Part shown: positions 40,297 to 49,422 of the stretch, piece after piece | How positions within the stretch are numbered: position 1 is the stretch's first letter | Layout of the letters: each line of letters begins with the position of its first letter | DNA from: Gammaproteobacteria bacterium | GTDB taxonomy: Bacteria > Pseudomonadota > Gammaproteobacteria > Magnimaribacterales > D2472 | Reading direction: 5' to 3' | Assembly (NCBI GenBank): GCA_965656035.1 | Contig: CBFHIO010000001.1 | Span: 4,687 to 68,686, forward strand | DNA: 64,000 bases | Notes under the pieces: generated by a model | The model's input: the letters and a program-made list of their open reading frames with translations, nothing else | What the model was told of the DNA's origin: nothing | Databases searched by the model: none | Made by a program: the position numbers and the translations under genes

Positions 40297-40755
40297 TTAT
40301 TCAAAAGGAACTACCCTTGATTTGCCATTCCTTTTAATAATTCTTACACGTTGATTTTTTGAATAGCTATAAGAACTTATTTCCTGAATAATAGATATTA
40401 GTCTTCCTGCATCAGTCTCAATCAGTAACTCAACACCATCTTTCTTTGTAAGATTTGATCCAATTTCTGATCCAATTGCAGATCCAGCAAGCCCACCAAT
40501 TAAAGATGCTATATCAGATTCTGTCTCTGAGTCGGTCACATTTTTTCCTGCAACTCCTCCAATAAGAGCTCCAGCGACTGCACCAGCCTCTCTATCACCC
40601 TCGATAGTAACAGGTGTTATATCCACAATCGTTCCAAGGACAACGTATTGCTGTTTTTGTGCATCTGAGCGTGACACTACATCAGGTGTATAGGAAACAT
40701 TAATACAACCGACAACACTAAATATTAAAAAAGATATTGCAATATTTTTATTCAT
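40297..40755 (-). CDS. Outer-membrane lipoprotein with a glycine-zipper domain (SlyB/17-kDa-antigen-like)
   Basis: 152 aa with the lipobox VVGC and the glycine zippers GAVAGALIGGVAG and IGGLAGSAIGSEIG. Confidence 0.7.
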   Translation of the reverse strand: MNKNIAISFLIFSVVGCINVSYTPDVVSRSDAQKQQYVVLGTIVDITPVTIEGDREAGAVAGALIGGVAGKNVTDSETESDIASLIGGLAGSAIGSEIGSNLTKKDGVELLIETDAGRLISIIQEISSYSYSKNQRVRIIKRNGKSRVVPFE

Positions 40756-40759
40756 CTAT

Positions 40760-41143
40760 TTACTCCTGTGATAGTTTGAAATAATTTAATAAATCTTCTG
40801 TAATAACGTAAAAAATTCTACCTTTGTTAAAACCTGAGAGAAGTTTGACTTTATAAACCTTTTCATTATATTCAGATTCGACTATTTGGATGATATCACC
40901 TTTGCTTAGCCTTTCAATATCTCGCGAATCAACAATAGAAAAAGTATTCCAATCTCCAAACTCTCTTGCATAATATGTGTGGTAGGCATCGCTTGGCATA
41001 TAATATAGAACTTTACTATCAGCTGATAGTCGATTGCTTCTAGACTCTAGCACCCAATTATCACCTTTATTTATTATATTTTCGATGTTTGCTGAAACAT
41101 CTGATATACATATAAAGACTAAAAAAATACTTAATTTATTCAT
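40760..41143 (-). CDS. Hypothetical secreted protein
   Basis: I place the start at MNKLSIFLVFICISDVSA, a signal peptide. I recognise no family. Confidence 0.45.
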   Translation of the reverse strand: MNKLSIFLVFICISDVSANIENIINKGDNWVLESRSNRLSADSKVLYYMPSDAYHTYYAREFGDWNTFSIVDSRDIERLSKGDIIQIVESEYNEKVYKVKLLSGFNKGRIFYVITEDLLNYFKLSQE

Positions 41144-41208
41144 AGTTATAGTGACAATATACACTTATTAAAGTTCTGTGCAATTGAAAAAAAATAGCAT
41201 AAAAATTA

Positions 41209-41236
41209 TTGAAAAATTTAATAACAGTCATATATA
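41209..41236 (+). promoter_or_regulatory. Candidate ibpA promoter (TTGAAA -35, TATATA/TATAAA -10)
   Basis: TTGAAA lies at 41209-41214. A 16-nt spacer leads to TATATA at 41231-41236, and with an 18-nt spacer the -10 would be TATAAA. The predicted TSS falls at the foot of leader hairpin I. Confidence 0.4.
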
Positions 41237-41245
41237 AACTGTGAA

Positions 41246-41329
41246 GGAGATGCCATATGGGTCTCCAAATTTTAACTAGCATGCCTTAGGGATGCAATAA
41301 TTTTAGTCGCTAAAAGGAGGACTATTATG
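41246..41329 (+). promoter_or_regulatory. Structured ibpA 5' leader of three hairpins, the last a ROSE-like RNA thermometer sequestering the SD
   Basis: Hairpin I is GGAGAU..GUCUCC (41246-41266). Hairpin II is GCAU..AUGC (41279-41295). Hairpin III is UAGUC-G-CU / AGGACUA (41304-41324). In hairpin III the motif UCGCU (41307-41311) pairs with the SD AAGGAGG (41314-41320), leaving G41309 bulged. The ATG lies at 41327. Confidence 0.5.
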
Positions 41330-41776
41330 ATACTTAATTTTACAGATCCATTTTTTACAACACGTGTATTGGGATTTGAACCATTATTTGATAGATTGCA
41401 AAGACTTTCTGAGTCATCTGAGAGATCTTCAAGCTATCCACCATATAATATCAGAAAAGATGGTAACCATTTTGCAATAGAAATTGCAGTGGCGGGTCTT
41501 TCAAAAGAAGATATTAATATTGAGCTAGCTGATGGAGTTTTATCAGTGAGTTATGAAGGTCCAGGTACCGAAGTTGTAAATGACAACAACGAGGTGGTAT
41601 ATCAAGGAATTGCTCAAAGAGCCTTTAGACAACAATTTACTCTTTCAAATGATGTTGTTGTTCAAGGGGCTGATCTAATTAATGGTTTACTAACTATTAA
41701 CTTGGAAAAAATAATTCCTGATGAAAAAAAACCTAGAACTATTGAAATTAAAACTCCCAAAAGAATTTTAGGATAA
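41327..41776 (+). CDS. ibpA: Small heat-shock protein (alpha-crystallin/Hsp20, IbpA-like)
   Basis: 149 aa: PPYNIRKDGNHFAIEIAVAGLSKEDINIEL..GVLSV...GLLTINLEK. Confidence 0.9.
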   Translation: MILNFTDPFFTTRVLGFEPLFDRLQRLSESSERSSSYPPYNIRKDGNHFAIEIAVAGLSKEDINIELADGVLSVSYEGPGTEVVNDNNEVVYQGIAQRAFRQQFTLSNDVVVQGADLINGLLTINLEKIIPDEKKPRTIEIKTPKRILG

Positions 41777-41795
41777 TAGATTTTATTTCAATAAT

Positions 41796-41821
41796 GGGGT
41801 GCTTGAAGCACCCCTATTTTT
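41796..41821 (+). terminator. Rho-independent terminator of ibpA
   Basis: The hairpin GGGGTGC-TTGAA-GCACCCC is followed by TATTTTTAT. Confidence 0.8.
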
Positions 41822-41845
41822 ATTGGTTTAAGCTAATATAACTAA

Positions 41846-43819
41846 ATGAATACCATAAAATACTTTATATCTTTATTAATTTTTTCAAGCTTTAGCTTTG
41901 GTAATCCGGTTGAAACAGGCCATGCCAGCGTTTCCATAGTTAAATTTGATACCGCTTCGTCAAAAAAAAATGAATTATTCATTGGTATTAAAATGGACAT
42001 GCAAGAAAATTGGCACACCTATTGGAAAAATCCAGGTGATTCAGGTGGGCCAATAGAAGTTATATGGAATCTTCCTGAAAATGTAACTATTGAAGGGCCC
42101 TTTTGGCCAACACCGCAATTACTTCCATATCCACCACTCATGACATATGGGTATAAAAACTTTGTAATTTTCCCTTTTAAAGTCTCATTCAAAGATGCTG
42201 ATAATTTAACTTTCATTGGTGCTGATATTAATTTTCTAATTTGTGATGATGTTTGCGTTCCTGAAAAAGCTAGTATTAATTCAACTTTTGGTGCACTTAA
42301 ACAAAGTGAAAGATTCGAAGAGTGGCTACTGAAAGTACCTAATATTACTTTACCCACTCTAAGCAGTTTTACAAAAAAATTCCTTGAAATTAGGTTTTCA
42401 TATAACAATAAAATAACAGATATTTACTTTTATCCAGACAACCAGAATATGATCTTACATTCTGGCAAACAACTACTTATCAAAGAGGAAAATAATTGGC
42501 TTTTAAAAATACCATTACAGTCTGAAGGGTTAAGGGTATCTTCAATAGAGGGACTGATTAAAATAAATGATGATTCTTACGATATTCAGTCAAATGTTAC
42601 AAAAAGTGAGGATGCAAACTTAAATATATCTGTTCTTCAGGCAATTATTTTTGCATTCATTGGCGGCATTATATTAAATTTAATGCCTTGTGTTTTTCCA
42701 ATCATTTCTTTAAAAATACTTAGCTTTATCTCGATGGGAGGCAGTTCTAAAAATAAAATAAGAACACATTCTCTTATTTTTTGTCTCGGAGTCATTCTCT
42801 CTTTCTTAATTATAGCTCTCACCTTGCTGATGCTTAAAGCTGCAGGCGTTTCAGCTGGATGGGGATTCCAACTTCAATCACCCTTAGTTGTTGGAGCTCT
42901 CTGTATATTAATGTTTATTATAGGACTAGTTTTGATAATGAATATAGATATAGGAACTTCAATGACAAAACTTGGCAGGGTTGGTATGAATAAAACTAGT
43001 TACTCTAGTTCTTTTCTTACAGGTATTTTGGCTGTTGTTGTCGCTTCACCATGCACTGCCCCGTTTATGGGTGCTGCAATTGGCTATGCTCTAATTCAAC
43101 CCTCATATATTACATTGCCTATATTTCTATCACTTGGTTTAGGCTTTGCTTTTCCATACCTTGTTCTTTCATATAAACCCGAGCTTGTGGAATCTCTCCC
43201 AAGTTCTGGAACATGGATGGTTAAACTTAAAGAATTTTTTGCATTCCCAATGTTTGCAACTGCGCTTTGGTTACTTTGGGTGTTTAGCTTTCAATCCTCA
43301 AGTGATGCACTTATTCAACTTTTGATAACTCTTTTGCTAATAAGCATGCTCATATGGTTGATTTCAAATATTTCAAAAAAAACTATAAGAACGATTATAT
43401 TATTGATTCTTGGTTCATTAATTTTAGTTCAACTTAAAAATCTGACTAATGTAGAGATTGCATCAAACAACAATCTAGAAAATAAAGATGCAACAATTTG
43501 GACTAAAGATATAGAAAATATACTCCAATCAAAAAATACTGCTTATTTCATCAATTATACTGCTGCTTGGTGTATTACTTGCCAAGCTAACGATAAAATT
43601 GCCCTATCTAGACCAAAAGTGAAAAAATTTATTGCTGAAAATAATATCGAATATATTGTTGCTGACTGGACAAATAAAAATAAAGATATACTCGATGCTT
43701 TAAACATTTACGGAAGAAGTGGCGTTCCTCTTTATGTTTATTGGAAGCCTGGAATGAAAAAACCTGAAATACTTCCTGCTATTCTTTCTGAGAAAATTGT
43801 TTTAGATGCTCTTAGGTAA
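41846..43819 (+). CDS. dsbD: Thiol:disulfide interchange protein DsbD
   Basis: 657 aa. It has an N-terminal periplasmic domain, a central 8-TM core with the Cys motifs LMPCVFP and SPCTAPF, and a C-terminal thioredoxin domain (AAWCITCQ). Confidence 0.9.
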   Translation: MNTIKYFISLLIFSSFSFGNPVETGHASVSIVKFDTASSKKNELFIGIKMDMQENWHTYWKNPGDSGGPIEVIWNLPENVTIEGPFWPTPQLLPYPPLMTYGYKNFVIFPFKVSFKDADNLTFIGADINFLICDDVCVPEKASINSTFGALKQSERFEEWLLKVPNITLPTLSSFTKKFLEIRFSYNNKITDIYFYPDNQNMILHSGKQLLIKEENNWLLKIPLQSEGLRVSSIEGLIKINDDSYDIQSNVTKSEDANLNISVLQAIIFAFIGGIILNLMPCVFPIISLKILSFISMGGSSKNKIRTHSLIFCLGVILSFLIIALTLLMLKAAGVSAGWGFQLQSPLVVGALCILMFIIGLVLIMNIDIGTSMTKLGRVGMNKTSYSSSFLTGILAVVVASPCTAPFMGAAIGYALIQPSYITLPIFLSLGLGFAFPYLVLSYKPELVESLPSSGTWMVKLKEFFAFPMFATALWLLWVFSFQSSSDALIQLLITLLLISMLIWLISNISKKTIRTIILLILGSLILVQLKNLTNVEIASNNNLENKDATIWTKDIENILQSKNTAYFINYTAAWCITCQANDKIALSRPKVKKFIAENNIEYIVADWTNKNKDILDALNIYGRSGVPLYVYWKPGMKKPEILPAILSEKIVLDALR

Positions 43820-43902
43820 TAAAAAATTTAGCAAGATTATTTTATAAATCTATAGAAAACTTACTATAATAATAAGTATTGCAAATCTATTAAGACAATA
43901 TT

Positions 43903-44604
43903 ATGAATGCTAGCCCTTTTGTATTATTTGGAAACATACATATTATTACAATGCTTGTAATTTTATCTGTATCGATCTTATTGCCATTAATTTATAAAAA
44001 TAAATCTGAAGCACAAAATTCTGTAATGACAAAAGTGATTGCCTATATAATCATAGCTCATGTTGTTATCTCACCTTATAAAGATTTGTTTCTTCTTCAA
44101 AACCCATATAATTGGCGTGAAGTACTACCATTTCATATGTGTGATCTTTCTGAGATTTTTATTGCATGGTTTCTCTTAGGAGGCCCAAAAATTTTATACA
44201 AATGTGCATTTTTTTGGGGTATAGGTGGTGCCACTATGGCTATTATTACACCAGATATTTCTTATCATGATTTAGATTATGCGTTTTTTATGATAGGTCA
44301 TGGAATGATTGTTTTAGGAATAATGTATGCAACTATTGCGCTTGGCAATCGACCTTATGCAACTGATATATTGACTGTTTCATTAATTACAGCATGTATA
44401 TTATTGCCAATAACTTATATTATTAATCTATTGTTAGGCGAGCCAGCTAATTTCTGGTATTTAATGGCAAAACCAGAAGGTGCAAGTTTAATGGATGCTT
44501 TTCCTGAACCGCCATATCATATACTAGTATTGATGCCTCTTGCTATTGCGACGTTTTTTATAATATATGCACCCTATTTTATTAAAGATAGATTGCAAAA
44601 ATAA
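43903..44604 (+). CDS. Integral membrane protein (TIGR02206/YwaF-like)
   Basis: 233 aa with about 7 TM helices and the motif LPFHMCDLSE. The family call is from memory only. Confidence 0.5.
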   Translation: MNASPFVLFGNIHIITMLVILSVSILLPLIYKNKSEAQNSVMTKVIAYIIIAHVVISPYKDLFLLQNPYNWREVLPFHMCDLSEIFIAWFLLGGPKILYKCAFFWGIGGATMAIITPDISYHDLDYAFFMIGHGMIVLGIMYATIALGNRPYATDILTVSLITACILLPITYIINLLLGEPANFWYLMAKPEGASLMDAFPEPPYHILVLMPLAIATFFIIYAPYFIKDRLQK

Positions 44605-44668
44605 TCACTACTTTGCTATATGCATGCAAATGCGATATAAAATAAGATAAATTAATCTCAAATTAACT

Positions 44669-45754
44669 ATGGAAAATTTTATTGAGCTTCTCTCAGATGT
44701 ATGGAATAGAGGTTTCTTAGGCATTAATCTAGGAGCAATAATTTCATCTTTAGTGGTATTGTTAATAGCTTTACTATTTAGAGGGTTTATTATCTCAGTA
44801 ATAATAAACTCATTGAGCCGGCTTGCTGAAAAAACTGAATCCAGGATTGATGATGAGATACTTAATGCATTAAAAAAACCAATTGGTTTAATCCCAGTTA
44901 CAATAGCTCTGTATTTATGCACATTGATACTACCTATTTCAGGCCTGGTTGGTGACATCGCTACAAATATAGTTAAAGCTTTTGTTATATTTACTATATT
45001 TACTGCTTTATCTAATAGTGTAAAGCCGATATTTGAGGCACTGTCTACAAGCTCTTGGCTTACGGCTTCTATGCAAATGTGGCTTGAAAGGGCCTCAAGG
45101 TTTATAGTCTGGGTAATTGGTGTGGCAATCATTTTAGATATTTTTGGTATCCAAATTGGTCCATTGGTTGCAGGACTTGGTCTCTTTTCAGTTGCTGTAG
45201 CTCTTGGGGCACAAGATTTTTTTAAGAACTTGATTGCTGGCATTTTGGTTATTGGAGAGCATAGATTTCAGCCTGGAGATAGAATTGAGGTTGAAGGCCA
45301 ATTACATGGCATAGTTGAAACAATTGGCTTTAGATCAACTGTAATCAGAACTTTTGATACAGCTCCAATGACAATCCCTAATAAGGACCTTTCTGACGTA
45401 AAGCTAATTAACCATGGCGATATGATTAATAGAAGAATTAATTGGAAGATTAATCTTGTCTACTCAACTTCAATCGAACAACTTGAAGGAATAAGATCAG
45501 ATATAAAAAATCATATTAATGAAAGTGAAGATTTTGTTAATGATACTGAAATTGAGCATGTAGTCAGGGTCGTCGAACTAGGGTCAAGCTCCATAGATAT
45601 TATGATAGTCGCTTATTGTGAGCCTGTTGGTTTTGCAGAATTCAATCTTATTAAAGAGAATTTAATTTTTAACATAATGAAAATAGTAAAAGCACATGGA
45701 TCTGAGTTTGCTTACCCATCATCTTCTATCTATGTTGAAAGCATGCCTAATTAA
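44669..45754 (+). CDS. Small-conductance mechanosensitive channel family protein (MscS-like)
   Basis: 361 aa. N-terminal TM helices lead to the pore-lining helix GLGLFSVAVALGAQDFFKNLIAG and then the beta domain GDRIEV...G.V..IGFRST. Confidence 0.88.
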   Translation: MENFIELLSDVWNRGFLGINLGAIISSLVVLLIALLFRGFIISVIINSLSRLAEKTESRIDDEILNALKKPIGLIPVTIALYLCTLILPISGLVGDIATNIVKAFVIFTIFTALSNSVKPIFEALSTSSWLTASMQMWLERASRFIVWVIGVAIILDIFGIQIGPLVAGLGLFSVAVALGAQDFFKNLIAGILVIGEHRFQPGDRIEVEGQLHGIVETIGFRSTVIRTFDTAPMTIPNKDLSDVKLINHGDMINRRINWKINLVYSTSIEQLEGIRSDIKNHINESEDFVNDTEIEHVVRVVELGSSSIDIMIVAYCEPVGFAEFNLIKENLIFNIMKIVKAHGSEFAYPSSSIYVESMPN

Positions 45755-45771
45755 AAAAATAATTACATAAA

Positions 45772-47538
45772 ATGAGTGATCAATATCTACTCTCAATCAC
45801 CATTATTGGTCTCTTATGTATGTTCATATGGAGTAAATTTAGATACGATGCTCTTGCCATTGGTGCTCTTGTAATACTTATAGTCTCAGGAGTAATCCCA
45901 GCCAACCAAGCCTTTGATGGATTTGCTCACCCTGCTGTTATAACTGTAGCCTTGGTTTTGATAATCAGCCAGGGATTAAAAAATTCTGGCCTAGCTGGGT
46001 TGGTTGGAAAATTGATAGGAGGTAAATCATTTACTAAATTTCAATTCTTAATTAGCCTTCTTTTTATTGCTGCTATTTTGTCTTCCTTTATCAATAATAT
46101 AGGGGCGCTAGCAATCCTTTTGCCCATCACTTTAAATATTTGTCAAAAAATGAATTGGCATCCATCTAGGTTTCTAATGCCTTTAGCTTTTGCATGTATT
46201 TTAGGAGGTATGAATACAACAATCGGTACACCACCTAATATTATTATTTCAGAATATAAATCAACTATATCTGATTCAGGGTTTAATTTTTTTGACTTTT
46301 CATATGTTGGGCTTGTTATAACTTTCTTGAGTATTTTTTTTATAGCTCTGATTGGCAATAAGTTTATTCATCTCAGAGACGATTCTACTGCAGGCTCCTC
46401 ATTAATTGATTTAAAGGGATATTTATTTGAAGTAGAAGTCAATGAAAAAAGCTCTGCTATTGGAATGACATTATCAGCATTTAAAAAAGAGGCTGGAGAA
46501 GATACTGAGGTGCTTGGAATAGTTAATGATAATGGTGGAGTTAAAAAAGTAAAAAATAATTTAAGGATTAAAGCTGGTCAAATTTTAGTTATTAAGACGC
46601 CTCCTGATGATATTTCTTCAATATTAAGTGTATTTGATTTTTCTATTCCAAAAGAACTTCACTCTTTTGACGATGATGATTTAGAAGAGATAGAGGCAAT
46701 GATTACCCCAGGTTCAAGGCTTATTGGGAGAAAATATGACTTCTTCTTAAAATTAGCCTATGAAGAATTAAATCTTTTAGGTCTTTGGAGAAAAGGTTCT
46801 AGATATAGAACAAGATTAACAAGAGAAACTTTTAAAGCTGGTGATGTTTTATTGTTAGGGGTCAGAGATCTTGATGAAGAAGATGTTACTAATAAAATTA
46901 AACACCTTGGTTTAATGCCATTGATGCAAAGAGAACTTCAGACAATTCCAAGTAGAAGCCGGCTTTTAAAAGGAATTATATTTTTTTTAATATCTATAAT
47001 TTTAGTAACTTTTAACATACTGCCAACTGCAGCTGCCTTCTTATTATGCGTGCTTGGTTTTGCAAGAATAAGAATCATTGATAGTAATTTTTATAGGGAG
47101 GTAGATTGGCCGATTATTATAATGCTTGCTGCAATGATTCCGATTGGAACCGCTCTAGAAACTACAGGATTAAGTAACGTTATATCACAAAACATATCTA
47201 GTATTGCAGCAGATATGAGTCTATTTTGGTTACTCTTTTTGATATTGATAATCACCATGGCTATAACAGATATTATTAATAACGCTGCGACGGCAGTCAT
47301 TATGGCTCCGATATCGGCAGGTATTGGTATGCAACTAGGATATGATGTGGAGCCATTTTTAATGGTAGTTGCGGTAGGTGCAAGTTGTGCTTTTCTAACA
47401 CCAATTGGCCATCAATGTAACACAGTCGTCATGGGTCCAGGCAATTATAAGTTTACAGATTATTGGAGGCTTGGCTTGCCTTTAGATATTTTAATTATTG
47501 CTGTATCCATTCCAATGATTTTATTTGTTTGGACATAA
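45772..47538 (+). CDS. SLC13/DASS-type anion permease with two central TrkA-C domains
   Basis: 588 aa. Two multi-TM halves flank a soluble insert of roughly 200 aa (GQILVIKTPPDD..., GDVLLLGVRD...) that is typical of TrkA-C. Confidence 0.8.
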   Translation: MSDQYLLSITIIGLLCMFIWSKFRYDALAIGALVILIVSGVIPANQAFDGFAHPAVITVALVLIISQGLKNSGLAGLVGKLIGGKSFTKFQFLISLLFIAAILSSFINNIGALAILLPITLNICQKMNWHPSRFLMPLAFACILGGMNTTIGTPPNIIISEYKSTISDSGFNFFDFSYVGLVITFLSIFFIALIGNKFIHLRDDSTAGSSLIDLKGYLFEVEVNEKSSAIGMTLSAFKKEAGEDTEVLGIVNDNGGVKKVKNNLRIKAGQILVIKTPPDDISSILSVFDFSIPKELHSFDDDDLEEIEAMITPGSRLIGRKYDFFLKLAYEELNLLGLWRKGSRYRTRLTRETFKAGDVLLLGVRDLDEEDVTNKIKHLGLMPLMQRELQTIPSRSRLLKGIIFFLISIILVTFNILPTAAAFLLCVLGFARIRIIDSNFYREVDWPIIIMLAAMIPIGTALETTGLSNVISQNISSIAADMSLFWLLFLILIITMAITDIINNAATAVIMAPISAGIGMQLGYDVEPFLMVVAVGASCAFLTPIGHQCNTVVMGPGNYKFTDYWRLGLPLDILIIAVSIPMILFVWT

Positions 47539-47542
47539 TTAA

Positions 47543-47734
47543 ATGGAAGATCATTTTAAGAGGCCTAATAAATTGACAGGTATGCCATATGAGCTTGGTT
47601 TTAAAGATGAGGACGGTAAATACTTTATAAAATATCTTAACAAACAGGGAAATGATGGTTATTACTATGAAGAATGGGCAAAGAATAAAGAAGCTTACCT
47701 AAAAAAAATTTTTAAAAGCCAACCCAACAAATGA
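47543..47734 (+). CDS. Hypothetical small basic/aromatic protein
   Basis: 63 aa. The start lies 4 nt after the preceding stop. I recognise no family. Confidence 0.3.
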   Translation: MEDHFKRPNKLTGMPYELGFKDEDGKYFIKYLNKQGNDGYYYEEWAKNKEAYLKKIFKSQPNK

Positions 47735-47736
47735 TA

Positions 47737-48948
47737 TTAATGACAATCACAACTTAAATTTTCAATTGCATCAATAAAATCCTCGTACCTAACATAAAAT
47801 TCTTTTGATTCACCTTCTAAATCTGTAATAGGAGTTATGACATTAGATCCGGATTCGATAATACCCTTCTCAATCATGGTCCTGCCTATTTTTACTGCAT
47901 TATCAACACCGGCCCATTTTAAAAATTTCATAGGACCCCATTTTTGAATATCGCCATTATCTTGTTGATTGTATTTTGTGATCCTGGTAACAATTATATC
48001 GTTTTCTCTATCAACAAAAGTGTATTGGCCAAACTTTCCGCTGGTATTAAAAATTTTAAATTGATCTTCATATGCTGATACCCACCAATGTAAAGAATAG
48101 CCTCTATTCAACCTAGTGAATCTTTTAGGGGTTGTATCCCAGACAACCTTAAAAGTTTCGTCAACAAAACTTTTTGATATGATTTGATCATTATTCCATT
48201 GGCCACTCCTTCCAAATAGAAGACCAAATTTAGAATAATCTCTAGCAGACATATCTACACAACAATATGTCAGCACATTACCTTTTTCATCCTTCCATAG
48301 CTTGTAACTAGTAATTTGGAGTGGTTTTAAAATCCTTTCTTCAAAAAGAATATCAGCCTTCTTGCCAGTTGCTTGAAATAAAATATCTCCAATTATCATA
48401 GAGTTAACGTTATTGTATTCAAACTTTAATCCTGCTTCTTTTTCAACACCTACTTTTCTTGCATAAGCTAGATGATCATCTAGGAAAAACATTTTTTCAT
48501 GTTCGTGGCTAGGAAAATTAAGGCCGCTAGACATGTCCAATAAATCTCTTATCGTAATGTTCGATCTCTCATCATTGAAATAGTCTAGATACTTTCCAAC
48601 TCTATCATCCAAACTTCCAATCTCACCTCTATCAATAGAAATGCCAATCAAAGCAGCATAATAACTTTTTGCCATTGACCATGATGTTCCATGCGAATTT
48701 TCATCGAAACCAGATGCATATTTTTCCCCAATTATCTTTCCATTTTTGATTACCACAAGTCCAAGAGTTGACTTGTCAGTAAATGCGATCTCTATTAAAT
48801 CATCTACGTTTTTAGATTTAATATTCTGACTTTCAGGAGAAACAGAATCCCACGATGAGCCTGGATAATATAAATCAGATGAATGGCTGAAAGTAGGTAA
48901 TGTTATAAATACTATTAAACATATATGTGAAAAGATTTTATTTTTCAT
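47737..48948 (-). CDS. Secreted serine hydrolase of the beta-lactamase/transpeptidase-like family
   Basis: The S-x-x-K motif is in TSWSMAKSY. I place the start at MKNKIFSHICLIVFITLPTFSHS, a signal peptide. The track start at 48969 adds 7 residues. Confidence 0.8.
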   Translation of the reverse strand: MKNKIFSHICLIVFITLPTFSHSSDLYYPGSSWDSVSPESQNIKSKNVDDLIEIAFTDKSTLGLVVIKNGKIIGEKYASGFDENSHGTSWSMAKSYYAALIGISIDRGEIGSLDDRVGKYLDYFNDERSNITIRDLLDMSSGLNFPSHEHEKMFFLDDHLAYARKVGVEKEAGLKFEYNNVNSMIIGDILFQATGKKADILFEERILKPLQITSYKLWKDEKGNVLTYCCVDMSARDYSKFGLLFGRSGQWNNDQIISKSFVDETFKVVWDTTPKRFTRLNRGYSLHWWVSAYEDQFKIFNTSGKFGQYTFVDRENDIIVTRITKYNQQDNGDIQKWGPMKFLKWAGVDNAVKIGRTMIEKGIIESGSNVITPITDLEGESKEFYVRYEDFIDAIENLSCDCH

Positions 48949-49031
48949 TATTAAAAATACCCCAGACATATGATGATATATACAACTTGACGATTTTCAA
49001 TACAATATCTAAAAATTAGTCATCATTTATA

Positions 49032-49059
49032 TTGATAACATATTATAAATATATATAAT
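49032..49059 (+). promoter_or_regulatory. Near-consensus sigma70-type promoter for the small-ORF/pseudoazurin unit
   Basis: TTGATA (49032-37), a 16-nt spacer and TATAAT (49054-59). A strong SD, AGGAGA, follows at 49081-86. Confidence 0.55.
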
Positions 49060-49091
49060 AGTGTTGATTTGTCGATACTTAGGAGAACATA

Positions 49092-49274
49092 TTGAATTCA
49101 CAAGTAAGAAATGCAACACCTGAAGAGGCGGTAGAATGGAGCAAAAACGATTATTTTCTTAGCATGAAGTTTGATCCATTGGTACTATTTGTTGTTATAC
49201 CGGCAATAGTTCAGATTGTAGTTCTTGCTTTTATGTTAGTTTCAATGAGTATTACTGGCATTTTTTTTGAATAA
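49092..49274 (+). CDS. Small membrane protein (TTG start)
   Basis: 60 aa. The SD AGGAGA lies 5 nt upstream of the TTG. The C-terminal TM helix is LVLFVVIPAIVQIVVLAFMLV. The ORF ends just after a T8 run (49261-49268). Confidence 0.4.
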   Translation: MNSQVRNATPEEAVEWSKNDYFLSMKFDPLVLFVVIPAIVQIVVLAFMLVSMSITGIFFE

Positions 49275-49296
49275 AATATTAAAGCTTTTAATTGGC

Positions 49297-49422
49297 GTGG
49301 GTTCAAGCGAACCAATATTTACCCCTTCTCCAATTAAAATTTTATTACTTTCAGTATCATTAGGTTTTATTTTTTTACTGATAGTTACTTCTTTGATAGC
49401 TCTTACTGGATCAATACTATGA
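49297..49422 (+). CDS. Very small membrane ORF (41 aa from GTG, or 51 aa from TTG 49267), translationally coupled to pseudoazurin
   Basis: Hand translation gives MGSSEPIFTPSPIKILLLSVSLGFIFLLIVTSLIALTGSIL. Its TGA (49420-22) overlaps the pseudoazurin ATG (49419-21) as ATGA. It is absent from the ORF track because it is under 60 aa. Confidence 0.25.
   Translation: MGSSEPIFTPSPIKILLLSVSLGFIFLLIVTSLIALTGSIL

Noticed and set aside
41184-41236. A sigma-32 heat-shock promoter upstream of ibpA (TTGAAA ... CAT-T).
   Set aside because: Two TTGAAA hexamers exist, but the spacing to the only CAT-containing -10 candidate is about 11 nt rather than 13-15 nt, and the CCCC part is missing. I report it only as a generic promoter candidate. 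A similar search upstream of htpG (24860-24960) found CTTGAA but no acceptable -10.
44608-45243. A 211-aa minus-strand ORF, unusually long for an antisense frame in AT-rich DNA.
   Set aside because: It lies almost wholly antisense to a well-supported MscS-family gene. It has no SD or promoter that I can see, no recognisable domain, and a composition that mirrors the membrane gene opposite. A conservation (Ka/Ks) test would be needed to revive it.
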